From NCBI GenBank assembly GCA_047622645.1, contig JBLHNH010000001.1, positions 1 through 60,941 on the forward strand: a stretch of 60,941 bases of DNA, in the 5' to 3' direction. This document shows, piece after piece, positions 30,993 to 40,387 of this stretch. Made by a program: the position numbers and the translations under genes. This DNA is from Flavobacterium sp. (GTDB lineage: Bacteria > Bacteroidota > Bacteroidia > Flavobacteriales > Flavobacteriaceae). The notes under the pieces were generated by a model. The model searched no databases and had not been told where the DNA came from. It worked only from the letters and a program-made list of their open reading frames with translations. Each line of letters begins with the position of its first letter. Within the stretch, counting starts at the first letter, position 1.

Positions 30993-31624
30993 TAATAGGT
31001 GCAAAAGGTCATGCAAAAGAAATAATAGATGTTCTTGATAATTTTGAACAAGTAAGTTATGCCTTTTTTGATAATATAAATAAAGACATCGAAAATCAAC
31101 TATTCGGCAAAATAGTAATTAAAGACTTTCTAACTGCTAAATCATATTTAGAAAAAAACAATACCTTTATTCTAGCAGTTGGCGGACCAAAAAACAGATA
31201 TTTATTATATAATTGTTTTAAAACCGAATATAATGCTATACCTTTTTCAGTTATTGCCAAGACTGCAATAGTAAGTAAATATACTAAACTGGGTGTAGGT
31301 TTAAACATTATGTCATTTGCTTTTATAAGCAATAGTGTAACTATAGGAAATGGCTGTTTAATTAATGCATATGCAAAAATTCATCATGATACAACCATAG
31401 GTGAATTTACAGAAATTTCACCAAATGCGACTGTATTAGGTAATTGTTCTATTGGCAATTATACTTTTATTGGTGCTAGTGCAACAATTTTACCAAAAAT
31501 TACTATTGGAGACAATGTAATTGTAGCTGCAGGATCTGTTGTTACCAAAAATGTTCCAAATAACTGTATGGTAGCAGGAATACCAGCAGTAGTAAAGAAA
31601 AAATTAAATCCCATTAAATTGTAA
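30986..31624 (+). CDS. NeuD/PglD-family sugar acyltransferase (left-handed beta-helix)
   Basis: IIGAKGHAKE N-terminal domain, HHD, hexapeptide repeats, AGIPA. Confidence 0.88.
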   Translation: MLIIGAKGHAKEIIDVLDNFEQVSYAFFDNINKDIENQLFGKIVIKDFLTAKSYLEKNNTFILAVGGPKNRYLLYNCFKTEYNAIPFSVIAKTAIVSKYTKLGVGLNIMSFAFISNSVTIGNGCLINAYAKIHHDTTIGEFTEISPNATVLGNCSIGNYTFIGASATILPKITIGDNVIVAAGSVVTKNVPNNCMVAGIPAVVKKKLNPIKL

Positions 31625-31626
31625 AC

Positions 31627-32199
31627 ATGACACAAGACATTAATCAAGAAATAAATAAAGCATACGAAGTAATCAAAGAAGGTGGAATAATCCTTTATCC
31701 TACTGATACTGTTTGGGGAATTGGTTGTGATGCCTCTAATGAAGAAGCTGTAGCCAAAATCTATGCCTTAAAAAAACGTGAAGAAAGTAAAAGCATGATT
31801 TGTTTAATGAATTCGGATAAAATGGTTTTCAACATCTTTAAAGACATACCGGAAGTAGCTTGGGAAATTTTGGACATGTCCGAAAACCCAACGACTTTAA
31901 TATTAGACAAGCCTAAAAATGTAGCTAAAAATTTAATCGCAGAAGATAACACTTTAGCCATTAGAATAGTAACAGAACCTTTTTGCTTCAAGCTTATGGA
32001 ACGCATGAAGAGTCCTTTAGTTTCGACTTCAGCCAATTTTTCAGGTAAGTCTTCTCCAAAATCTTTCAAAGAAATTGACCCAGAAATTATAAAAGGTGTA
32101 GACTATGTAGTAAATTTGCAAAGAGACAAAATTTGTAAAAAGCCATCCACAATAATAAAATTAGGATTGGATTGTCAAGTAAAGATTATCAGAAACTAA
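31627..32199 (+). CDS. tsaC: L-threonylcarbamoyladenylate synthase (TsaC/Sua5/YrdC)
   Basis: YPTDTVWGIGCD, KKR, STSAN, PSTII. Confidence 0.93.
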   Translation: MTQDINQEINKAYEVIKEGGIILYPTDTVWGIGCDASNEEAVAKIYALKKREESKSMICLMNSDKMVFNIFKDIPEVAWEILDMSENPTTLILDKPKNVAKNLIAEDNTLAIRIVTEPFCFKLMERMKSPLVSTSANFSGKSSPKSFKEIDPEIIKGVDYVVNLQRDKICKKPSTIIKLGLDCQVKIIRN

Positions 32200-32240
32200 A
32201 ATTCCAAATAATAAATACCAAATTCCAAATTTTGGAATCT
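32199..32240 (+). repeat. Heptamer array after the tsaC stop
   Basis: AAATTCC AAATAAT AAATACC AAATTCC AAATTTT GGAATCT; includes a small TTCCAAA/TTTGGAA hairpin. Confidence 0.6.
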
Positions 32241-32254
32241 GTGAATCAGATACT

Positions 32255-33673
32255 ATGACAAATTACACAAAAGCGCTAAACAACCCAATTTTTAAAATCA
32301 TTGCAAATGCAAGTCAAGAACTTAATGTAGAAACTTATGTTATTGGTGGTTTTGTTCGTGACTTTCTTTTAAATAACACATTAAAAAAAGATATTGACAT
32401 TGTAGCTGTTGGAAGCGGAATAGATTTGGCTCTAAAAGTATCTTCTCTTTTGCCTAATAAACCAAAAGTACAAGTTTTTAAAAACTATGGAACAGCTATG
32501 CTTCGGTTTAAAGACACAGATATCGAATTTGTTGGTGCTAGAAAAGAGAGTTATCAAACGGAAAGTCGAAATCCTAAAGTTGAAATTGGAACGCTTCAAG
32601 ACGATCAAGAAAGACGCGATTTTACTATAAATGCGCTAGCCTTTTCTTTAAATAAAAAAAATTACGGTGATTTAGTTGACCCATTCAATGGCGTAGCTGA
32701 TTTAGAGTCAAAAACTATAAAAACTCCTTTAAATCCAGATATCACTTATTCTGACGATCCTTTACGAATGATGCGTGCCATTCGTTTTGCAACACAATTG
32801 CAATTTGAAATTGAAACAGCATCTTTAGAAGCAATATCTAGAAACAAAGAAAGAATCTCTATAATTTCTGGAGAACGAATTGTAGTTGAATTAAATAAAA
32901 TTCTTCTTACTGAAAAACCTTCGGTGGGATTTTTATTGCTTTATAAAACTGGTCTTTTAGATATTATTTTACCTGAAATAACAGCTTTAAACAATGTAGA
33001 AGAAATTGAAGGACATACACACAAAAATAATTTTTACCACACATTAGAAGTTGTAGATAATATTTGTCCGAATACAGATGATGTTTGGTTGCGTTGGGCA
33101 GCTTTATTGCACGATATTGGAAAAGCTCCTACTAAAAGATTTAGTAAAAAGAATGGTTGGACATTTCATGGACACGAATTTTTAGGTGGAAAAATGGTTA
33201 AAAAAATATTTTTTAGATTACACATGCCATTGAATCAAAAAATGAAATTCGTCCAAAAAATGGTAGTAATGAGTTCACGTCCAGTTGTATTATCTCAAGA
33301 AATTGTAACTGATTCAGCTGTTAGACGTTTAGTCTTTGATGCCGGTGAAGATGTTGAAAATTTAATGACGCTTTGTGAAGCTGATATCACAACCAAAAAC
33401 CCAAATAAATTTAAAAAGTATCACAACAATTTCAATATAGTTAGACAAAAAATTGTAGAAGTTGAAGAACGTGATCATGTTAGACAATTTCAGCCACCTA
33501 TTTCTGGTGAAGAAATTATGGAAATATTTAACCTAAAACCTTCAAGAGAAATTGGTGTTTTAAAAGAAGCTGTTAAAGAAGCCATTTTAGAAGGGGAAAT
33601 ACCAAATGAATACAAAGCAGCTTATCAATTTGTACTGAAAAAAGCTGAAAAAATGGGTTTAAACAAAGTTTAA
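32255..33673 (+). CDS. cca: CCA tRNA nucleotidyltransferase with HD domain
   Basis: IGGFVRD, DIDI, RRDFTINA, DDPLRMMRAIRF, LLHDIGK. Confidence 0.92.
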   Translation: MTNYTKALNNPIFKIIANASQELNVETYVIGGFVRDFLLNNTLKKDIDIVAVGSGIDLALKVSSLLPNKPKVQVFKNYGTAMLRFKDTDIEFVGARKESYQTESRNPKVEIGTLQDDQERRDFTINALAFSLNKKNYGDLVDPFNGVADLESKTIKTPLNPDITYSDDPLRMMRAIRFATQLQFEIETASLEAISRNKERISIISGERIVVELNKILLTEKPSVGFLLLYKTGLLDIILPEITALNNVEEIEGHTHKNNFYHTLEVVDNICPNTDDVWLRWAALLHDIGKAPTKRFSKKNGWTFHGHEFLGGKMVKKIFFRLHMPLNQKMKFVQKMVVMSSRPVVLSQEIVTDSAVRRLVFDAGEDVENLMTLCEADITTKNPNKFKKYHNNFNIVRQKIVEVEERDHVRQFQPPISGEEIMEIFNLKPSREIGVLKEAVKEAILEGEIPNEYKAAYQFVLKKAEKMGLNKV

Positions 33674-33728
33674 CTTTTGTTTCTTTTATTTACAATAGAC
33701 TTAAGGTAAATTTGATAAAAGATTAAGC

Positions 33729-34097
33729 ATGGATAGTTTTGGAATATTTTTCACTATTTGCATAGTAGCTGAAATTATTGTTTTAAATATACTTTTTTCT
33801 AAAAAAATCAAGAATAGAAAACTTAAAATTAAGAAAATAAACCTTTTTTACTTTATGATTTCACTTGTTTCATTCTTATTTATTTTTGTTATTGTAAATT
33901 TACTTTATGAGTTACTTCAAAAGCATTTGCTAAATAATTTAATACAATCGGATATTTCTGTTCGACTTATAATTATGAATTTAATACTAATATTATTGCC
34001 CTTGTTACAACTTTTAATATCTCAGATTTTCATAAATCTAATTGATAAAAAGAATAAAATAAACGAAATTACACTAATAGGTCAAAATGAAGAATAA
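33729..34097 (+). CDS. Small hypothetical membrane protein
   Basis: Three hydrophobic helices; own TAAATTTG -7 element at 33707-33714; 3' end overlaps the ctaA start. Confidence 0.65.
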   Translation: MDSFGIFFTICIVAEIIVLNILFSKKIKNRKLKIKKINLFYFMISLVSFLFIFVIVNLLYELLQKHLLNNLIQSDISVRLIIMNLILILLPLLQLLISQIFINLIDKKNKINEITLIGQNEE

Positions 34098-35106
34098 CAA
34101 AACAGTCATAATATGGCTACTTTCTGGGTGTGTGTTACTATTTATAATGGTAATGGTTGGCGGAATTACACGATTAACTAATTCAGGTTTATCTATGACG
34201 GATTGGCATCTGGTTACTGATACATTTCCACCATTAAGTGAAGAAAAATGGGTTGATGCTTTTGAAGAATACAAGAAATTTCCTGAATATCAAAAAATCA
34301 ATATTCATAACGACTTTACACTTTCAGATTATAAATTCATTTATTTTTGGGAATGGTTTCACCGTTTTATTGGAAGAATTATTGGTTTAGTTTTCATAAT
34401 TCCTTTTACGTACTTTTTAATCAAAAAGAAACTAGACAAAGAAACGATTAAAAAATGTGTAATTCTTCTTGGAATGGGCGCTTTTCAGGGCTTTTTAGGT
34501 TGGTTTATGGTAAGAAGTGGATTAATAGATAATCCAGATGTAAGTCACTACAGGTTAGCCTTACACTTAACTTTTGCATTTATTACTTTTGCTTATACAC
34601 TATGGGTTGTCTTAGATTTAATATACCCAGAAAAAAATGAAGTATATAAATCTTTAAAAACTATTGCAAGAGTTACTTTAGTTGCTCTAATTATTCAAAT
34701 AATTTATGGTGGATTTGTTGCTGGTTTAAATGCAGGTTTAATTCATAATCATTGGCCAATGATGAGCGATGGACAGTTCATTCACGAAAGTATATTTATT
34801 GAACAATCTTCATTATTTAAAAATTTAGTTGAAGGAAAAAGTGGTGTTCAATTTGTACATAGAACTTTTGCTTATGTTGTAGTTGCTTTAATTGTATTCT
34901 TATACTACAAAAGCAGAAAAATTAACTTAAACACAACTCAAAGAAGAGGTTTAAAAGTACTTTTGTCATTTGTGTTTTTACAGTTTATACTTGGTGTTTT
35001 TACCTTAATTTTTCACGTTCCAATGTGGTTAGGATTAACGCATCAGTTAATGGCTTTCTTACTTTTATCAGCAATGGTTTTTGTATTACATCGTTTATCA
35101 AAATAA
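34087..35106 (+). CDS. ctaA: Heme A synthase (COX15/CtaA)
   Basis: GGITRLTNSGLSM, WEWFHRFIGR, VSHYRLALHL, QFVHR, THQ. Confidence 0.93.
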   Translation: MKNNKTVIIWLLSGCVLLFIMVMVGGITRLTNSGLSMTDWHLVTDTFPPLSEEKWVDAFEEYKKFPEYQKINIHNDFTLSDYKFIYFWEWFHRFIGRIIGLVFIIPFTYFLIKKKLDKETIKKCVILLGMGAFQGFLGWFMVRSGLIDNPDVSHYRLALHLTFAFITFAYTLWVVLDLIYPEKNEVYKSLKTIARVTLVALIIQIIYGGFVAGLNAGLIHNHWPMMSDGQFIHESIFIEQSSLFKNLVEGKSGVQFVHRTFAYVVVALIVFLYYKSRKINLNTTQRRGLKVLLSFVFLQFILGVFTLIFHVPMWLGLTHQLMAFLLLSAMVFVLHRLSK

Positions 35107-35158
35107 AACAGTATATTTACTAACTGACTATATTGTCACATTTCTTTGATTATTATAC

Positions 35159-35932
35159 ATGTCAAAACTTGCCGAAAAAGATAAATTTTTAGATTTATCA
35201 GACTATGGAAGAACCTTTGGAAAAGCTTTTGCTTTACAATTAAAAAATACAAAATTTACACCAATTCATGTAACGCTCCTTTTCGGAATTTCAGGTTTAA
35301 TTGCGATATATTGCATTCTAAATCACCACTATTTTGCAGCTGGATTCTTCATTGTTTTGAAGTCAATTATTGATGCTGCAGATGGTGAATTAGCCCGTAT
35401 AAAAAACAAGCCATCTTATACAGGAAGATATCTAGATAGTGTGTTTGACATTGTTCTAAATTTTATGTTTTTTATGGCAATTTATTTTGTTTCAAACACC
35501 TCTATTTGGCTAACAATTTTAGCCTTTTTTGGCATACAATTACAAGGTACTTTATACAATTATTATTATGTTATTTTAAGAAACAAATCGGTTGGTGGAG
35601 ATTCAACAAGTAAAATTTTTGAATACAAATCACCTAAAGCTTTACCGGGTGAAAGTCAAAAATCGGTTGATATTTTATTCAGAATCTACACCGTTGTTTA
35701 TGGTGTTTTTGATAAAATTATTCATTTTTTAGATAAGGATGCTTACAAGGTTAAAACGTTTCCAAATTGGTTTATGACTTCATTATCTGTTTTTGGATTA
35801 GGTTTTCAATTGTTGATAATTGCGATAATGTTACCGCTAAATTTAATCGAATTCATTGTTCCTTTTTTTATTTTATTTACAACATTAATTTTTGTCTTTA
35901 TTGGAATACGAAAACGCTATATTAAGGCCTAA
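35159..35932 (+). CDS. CDP-alcohol phosphatidyltransferase family protein
   Basis: DAADGELAR...GRYLDSVFD signature. Confidence 0.9.
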   Translation: MSKLAEKDKFLDLSDYGRTFGKAFALQLKNTKFTPIHVTLLFGISGLIAIYCILNHHYFAAGFFIVLKSIIDAADGELARIKNKPSYTGRYLDSVFDIVLNFMFFMAIYFVSNTSIWLTILAFFGIQLQGTLYNYYYVILRNKSVGGDSTSKIFEYKSPKALPGESQKSVDILFRIYTVVYGVFDKIIHFLDKDAYKVKTFPNWFMTSLSVFGLGFQLLIIAIMLPLNLIEFIVPFFILFTTLIFVFIGIRKRYIKA

Positions 35933-36026
35933 ATTTACAATAGATAACTTCTATAGTTATTAGCTATTTTCTTAATAATCAATATGTTAAATTTAATTAT
36001 ATAAATAAAAATTTCAATCTAAAATT

Positions 36027-36785
36027 TCACCCAATCCAAGTCTTAAAATCAGAAACTTTTTCTCTTGAAACGATAACATCTTCGTCTTTATAAGAGGGTA
36101 AAATCACTTTTAAACGTGAATTACTATAAACCTGGATTTCTTTAATAGCTTTCAATGGAATGATAAATTTTCGACTCACGCGATAAAAACATTTTGGATC
36201 TAACTCCCCTTCAATTTGCTCTAAAGTTAAGTCCAAAAGATAATTACGGTTTTCAAAAGTATGTAAATAGATTCCTTTATTTTCGCTATAAAAACATTCG
36301 ACCTCATCAATTAAAATCACCTTAAGTTGTTGCCCAATTTTTACAGAAAATCTATTTTTGTATTCCTTTGTTTCATTTCCTAAAATCATTTTTTTAATCA
36401 TATCAAAATCCAAGTTTGAAACTGTGTTTTTTGGGACTTGATTTTTAAATTTATTTACGGCTATTTCCAACTCATCTTCATCAATTGGTTTTAGCAAATA
36501 ATCGATGCTATTTAGCTTAAAAGCACGCAACGCATATTCGTCATAAGCCGTGGTGAAAATGACAGCACTTTTGATGTCAATTTGCTCAAAAATTTCGAAC
36601 GATAATCCATCTGAAAGTTGGATGTCTAAAAAGATCAAATCTGGGTGATTATTATCTTGAAACCATTCCACTGATTCTTCCACAGAATGTAAAAGTGTGT
36701 GAACTTCCAAACCTAATTTTTCAACTTTTCTTTGCAATAATCTTGCTGCTGGTTTTTCGTCTTCGATTATAATTATATTCATCAT
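36027..36785 (-). CDS. LytTR-family response regulator
   Basis: Receiver (EDE, FLDIQL, FTTAYD, DYLLKP) plus LytTR domain (FYRVSRKFII, IVSREK). Confidence 0.95.
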   Translation of the reverse strand: MMNIIIIEDEKPAARLLQRKVEKLGLEVHTLLHSVEESVEWFQDNNHPDLIFLDIQLSDGLSFEIFEQIDIKSAVIFTTAYDEYALRAFKLNSIDYLLKPIDEDELEIAVNKFKNQVPKNTVSNLDFDMIKKMILGNETKEYKNRFSVKIGQQLKVILIDEVECFYSENKGIYLHTFENRNYLLDLTLEQIEGELDPKCFYRVSRKFIIPLKAIKEIQVYSNSRLKVILPSYKDEDVIVSREKVSDFKTWIG

Positions 36786-36802
36786 TCTAATTTTTAAATC
36801 TT

Positions 36803-38317
36803 TTATTCAAATATTCTTTTTTCAAAAAGCAACTTCATTTTTTCAAAATCTTGCTTCGGCTTTTTACAAATATAAATTTTTTGATAAAGCTCTTCTTCAG
36901 TATCTGCGTAAGGATTATAGATTGTTTTTACTTGTTTAATTTCCTCAAAATATGGATTGAAAAAATTACCAACATCGTAACTTAAAACAATTGTTGTTTC
37001 TGGCATTTTCCCTTTAGGTAACCAACTATAAAAACTACCATGAAAAGAAAATGCACTTGGCAAACCATAATCAGCGCCAAATAAATTTACTGCTCCAGCC
37101 TGACTATAATGTTTTCCCCAAATAAGACAGCTTTCTTTTTCTTCAATTGGTAAACTATCATGCACAGACTTTAACTCCTCCATTGTCATTTCCCATTTGT
37201 TTTTACTATAATATTCATCATATTTAATAGCTTCTTTACCTCCTACAACTTCCTTTTTCTCATATTGATAAATATTTTTTAAGTACTTATTAAAAGAATA
37301 CACAGGCATTCCAAATGGAATTAAAACCGTACCACAAAACAAAATCAATGTTAATGGATAAATAACCCACTTTCGTTTTTTGTTAGTGAATTTCTCCCAA
37401 AATAAACCTCCAAAAGGTAAAATTGTTAAAACAATAGGATAGAAATAATAGGATTTTCCATTCGTTAAAAATAAAAGAAAAAAAGATAAGAATATGAATA
37501 AGCCAATTGGTTTATTGGTTCTTTTATCATTAAAAATTAAATAGATTATTGCTGGAATGGTTAATAATAAAGAAAGTGGATTAATTGCAACTATTAGATT
37601 TTGTAAATTTTCAATACGTGATACACTGTCTAAATGTTTTTCATAAAGTCTTCCAAACATCTGTAAAACTGGAAAATCATTTACAATTTGCCAAATTATA
37701 TTAGGTAATATAAACAAAATGGAAATTAAAATGATTTGCCAAAATTTGTGTTTTAAAAGCGCCTCTCTTGTGTTTTTAAATAAGAATAAGGATAATAGTC
37801 CAAACATGAAAAACACAGTATCATATTTAGTGGAAAGACCTAAAACAGTAAAAAAGCCTAAATACCATAAACTCTTTTTATCTAAATTATGACTGAATTT
37901 CACTACTTGATAGAAACCTAATACCCAAAACAACTGACTAAAAACTACTGGTTGAAATAATTGCTGAGAACGACCAAAACTTGGAGCGATTATAATACAT
38001 AATAAAACTAAAAAAACTGCTTTTTCTTTACCACCTAAAACTAGTGTTATTTTAGCAACATATATCAGTATGAGTATAGAAACAATATGTGCAAAGAGAT
38101 GATTTACAAAAACTGAATTAGAATGAAATAGGTTTTGCATAAATGCTATTATTCCCATAAATGGCGGGAATTCCATATAACCAAATGCGAGATATTTTCC
38201 TGTTTCTATATGCAATAATTCATCCGCTTGAAATCCAGAATGTGAATCAGCCATCAAATGTAAAGCTAACTTGATTAAACAAAAAACAAGTATAATTAGT
38301 TTTATTTTTTTTGTCAT
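36803..38317 (-). CDS. GT-C fold glycosyltransferase (ArnT/PMT-like, GT39/GT83 group)
   Basis: DE motif after the first TM (FQADELLH), GYMEFPP, KY, PNIIWQ, GKSYY; about 11 TM helices plus a C-terminal soluble domain. Confidence 0.8.
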   Translation of the reverse strand: MTKKIKLIILVFCLIKLALHLMADSHSGFQADELLHIETGKYLAFGYMEFPPFMGIIAFMQNLFHSNSVFVNHLFAHIVSILILIYVAKITLVLGGKEKAVFLVLLCIIIAPSFGRSQQLFQPVVFSQLFWVLGFYQVVKFSHNLDKKSLWYLGFFTVLGLSTKYDTVFFMFGLLSLFLFKNTREALLKHKFWQIILISILFILPNIIWQIVNDFPVLQMFGRLYEKHLDSVSRIENLQNLIVAINPLSLLLTIPAIIYLIFNDKRTNKPIGLFIFLSFFLLFLTNGKSYYFYPIVLTILPFGGLFWEKFTNKKRKWVIYPLTLILFCGTVLIPFGMPVYSFNKYLKNIYQYEKKEVVGGKEAIKYDEYYSKNKWEMTMEELKSVHDSLPIEEKESCLIWGKHYSQAGAVNLFGADYGLPSAFSFHGSFYSWLPKGKMPETTIVLSYDVGNFFNPYFEEIKQVKTIYNPYADTEEELYQKIYICKKPKQDFEKMKLLFEKRIFE

Positions 38318-38363
38318 TTAAAATTAAATTTACACATTACTATTGTATTAAAAATATTTAGAT

Positions 38364-38732
38364 TTACTCCCAATTCCGTTTCTTTTCTTCTTCCATGTAT
38401 TGTTTAATTTTTCGTTCTTCCCAGTTATTTCCTAAAATCATTCCTGGTAAAAAAACGGATAATCCGTGAGCGAACAAACCAATTCCCCAAAAGAAAGCTG
38501 TTATAAAATTATGCCATTGAAAATAACTTTCTCCTTCTCCTAAATTTTGATAATTAATTACAACAAACATTAAATTTATTACAAGATAGACTAATGCATG
38601 CGTATAAAATCCTTTGATCCGTTTTACTCTTTTTAAAGCTTCATAATATTTAGCATCTTCTGGACTTGTTGGAACATAATTTTTAAAATCTCTTTTATCC
38701 ATTCTTCTTTGCATTCTACTTTCTATACTCAT
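38364..38732 (-). CDS. 2TM domain protein
   Basis: YYEALKRVKRIKGFYTHALVY..TM..WGIGLFAH..WEERKIKQYM. Start set at 38732, 1 nt after the upstream stop. Confidence 0.85.
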   Translation of the reverse strand: MSIESRMQRRMDKRDFKNYVPTSPEDAKYYEALKRVKRIKGFYTHALVYLVINLMFVVINYQNLGEGESYFQWHNFITAFFWGIGLFAHGLSVFLPGMILGNNWEERKIKQYMEEEKKRNWE

Positions 38733-38733
38733 C

Positions 38734-39036
38734 TTAATTAAATTTATTTTTATTAGACTTTTCTTCTTGCATAAATTGTTTAATCTTTTTATTCTCCCAT
38801 TCTTTAGTAGAAAACGGAAACACATTAAACACTTTTATTCCATGAAAAATTATCGGAATTGCTGTACCTAATAATACCCATAAAAACCAATAAACTTCGG
38901 GTGTAAATTTTAGATTAATGTAAATCAAAGCTCCCATAACTATAGAAGAAACCATTAAGTGACGGTAAAAACTTTTTATTTCTTGTACTTCTTTTTTAGC
39001 TTTTTGATAGCTTTCAAAATCATTGTTCTTTTCCAT
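38734..39036 (-). CDS. 2TM domain protein
   Basis: YQKAKKEVQEIKSFYRHL..TM..WFLW..FH..WENKKIKQFM. Alternative start 39048 overlaps the kinase stop. Confidence 0.85.
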   Translation of the reverse strand: MEKNNDFESYQKAKKEVQEIKSFYRHLMVSSIVMGALIYINLKFTPEVYWFLWVLLGTAIPIIFHGIKVFNVFPFSTKEWENKKIKQFMQEEKSNKNKFN

Positions 39037-39038
39037 AA

Positions 39039-40376
39039 TTAGTTCCATTTTGATTCTTCTTTATTTTCTTTTTGCAATATTTCTTGAATTTTTTTCTCTT
39101 CCCAAGATTTTCCATATCCAAAAGTTTCTAAAGCATGAAAAATTAGACCCAATCCCCAACCTAACATTGGAAACCAAAACCATTGAAAACTTGATGTGCT
39201 TAAATTAATTATGATAAGAATCGGAATAACACAGCAATAAGAAATTAAATTACCATAGAACCCTTTTAACTTTTCTACTCTATCTTTAGCTCTATCATAA
39301 GCTGTTTGTTCGTTGTAATTGTATGTTGTTTCCATAACTGATATTTGTTTTGTTAATATCGGAAGCTTTATTCTGAAATATTCATCAGTATCTTCTACTA
39401 GAACTTTTCTCTTAGTTAAAATTGCGTATCGACTTACAATATTTTGAAGTCCAACTCCTCTTCTATCTTGTAAAACTTCTTTTATTTGTTTGTTATTTTC
39501 TACTATTAATTCGTTATTATTTATACTTATTTTGATGTGTAATGGTTTTTTCTCGCTTACAATATTATGTTTGATTGTGTTTTCTAGCAATAATTGTAAG
39601 GATAATGGAACTACTTTAGCATCTTCATCATTAAAATTTTCTGGAACTTCATAAGAAATACTGTCTTCAAAACGCATTTTTAATAAGTTCATATAGGTTT
39701 TTGCGAAAGCTAATTCTTCGGCAACTGTAACTAATTCTTTATCTTTTTGTTCCAAAACATATCTATAAATTTTAGATAATGAAGTGGTGAAATTTTGAGC
39801 ATTTTCTGGATTTTCTTCAATTAATGAACTCAAAACATTTAAACTATTAAATAAAAAATGAGGATCAATTTGACTTTTTAGACTTTCAAACTTGGCCGAA
39901 GCTGTTCCTGCAATTATTTTTTGTTCTTTTACTCTATTTTCTTGATAAGCTTTATAAAAATAGAAAGCATGAAGAGTCAAAGTGACAATTAATGTTATTA
40001 CTATTGAAGTTATATAGTTAGCTGGTTTTTCTTTAAGCAGAAACTCTTGAAAACTCATGTTTTGAACAAAAACTTCTTCAATAATTCGCAATAAAAAAAC
40101 AATAAAAACAGTAACTATAAACGAAAGAACTGCTCCTAATAAAATTCTTCTTTTGTCAAATCTATTTTCCTTAAAAATTCGATCTAATTGAATAAAAATA
40201 ATCAAATTAGCATAATATAAAGAATAAGTATAAAGAAAAGTAAAGAAAATGTTCCACCCAAAGCCCTCATCAAAATGAATACTTCCTCCACTTACTATTC
40301 TTAGTAGCATCAATACTACAAATATTGATATAAAAATATAAGTAGCTCTAGGAAGTTTTTTAATATACTTATTCAT
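39039..40376 (-). CDS. LytS/YesM-type sensor histidine kinase with C-terminal 2TM domain
   Basis: Four N-terminal TMs, LKSQIDPHFLFNSLN H-box, LQLLLENTIKHN N-box, GVGLQNI, then YDRAKDRVEKLKGFY..WEEKKIQEIL 2TM domain. Confidence 0.92.
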   Translation of the reverse strand: MNKYIKKLPRATYIFISIFVVLMLLRIVSGGSIHFDEGFGWNIFFTFLYTYSLYYANLIIFIQLDRIFKENRFDKRRILLGAVLSFIVTVFIVFLLRIIEEVFVQNMSFQEFLLKEKPANYITSIVITLIVTLTLHAFYFYKAYQENRVKEQKIIAGTASAKFESLKSQIDPHFLFNSLNVLSSLIEENPENAQNFTTSLSKIYRYVLEQKDKELVTVAEELAFAKTYMNLLKMRFEDSISYEVPENFNDEDAKVVPLSLQLLLENTIKHNIVSEKKPLHIKISINNNELIVENNKQIKEVLQDRRGVGLQNIVSRYAILTKRKVLVEDTDEYFRIKLPILTKQISVMETTYNYNEQTAYDRAKDRVEKLKGFYGNLISYCCVIPILIIINLSTSSFQWFWFPMLGWGLGLIFHALETFGYGKSWEEKKIQEILQKENKEESKWN

Positions 40377-40387
40377 TTTTTTTACTT

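Noticed and set aside
38733-38825. ORF-track N-terminal extension of the second 2TM gene
   Set aside because: It overlaps the upstream 2TM gene; ATG 38732 right after that gene's stop fits better.
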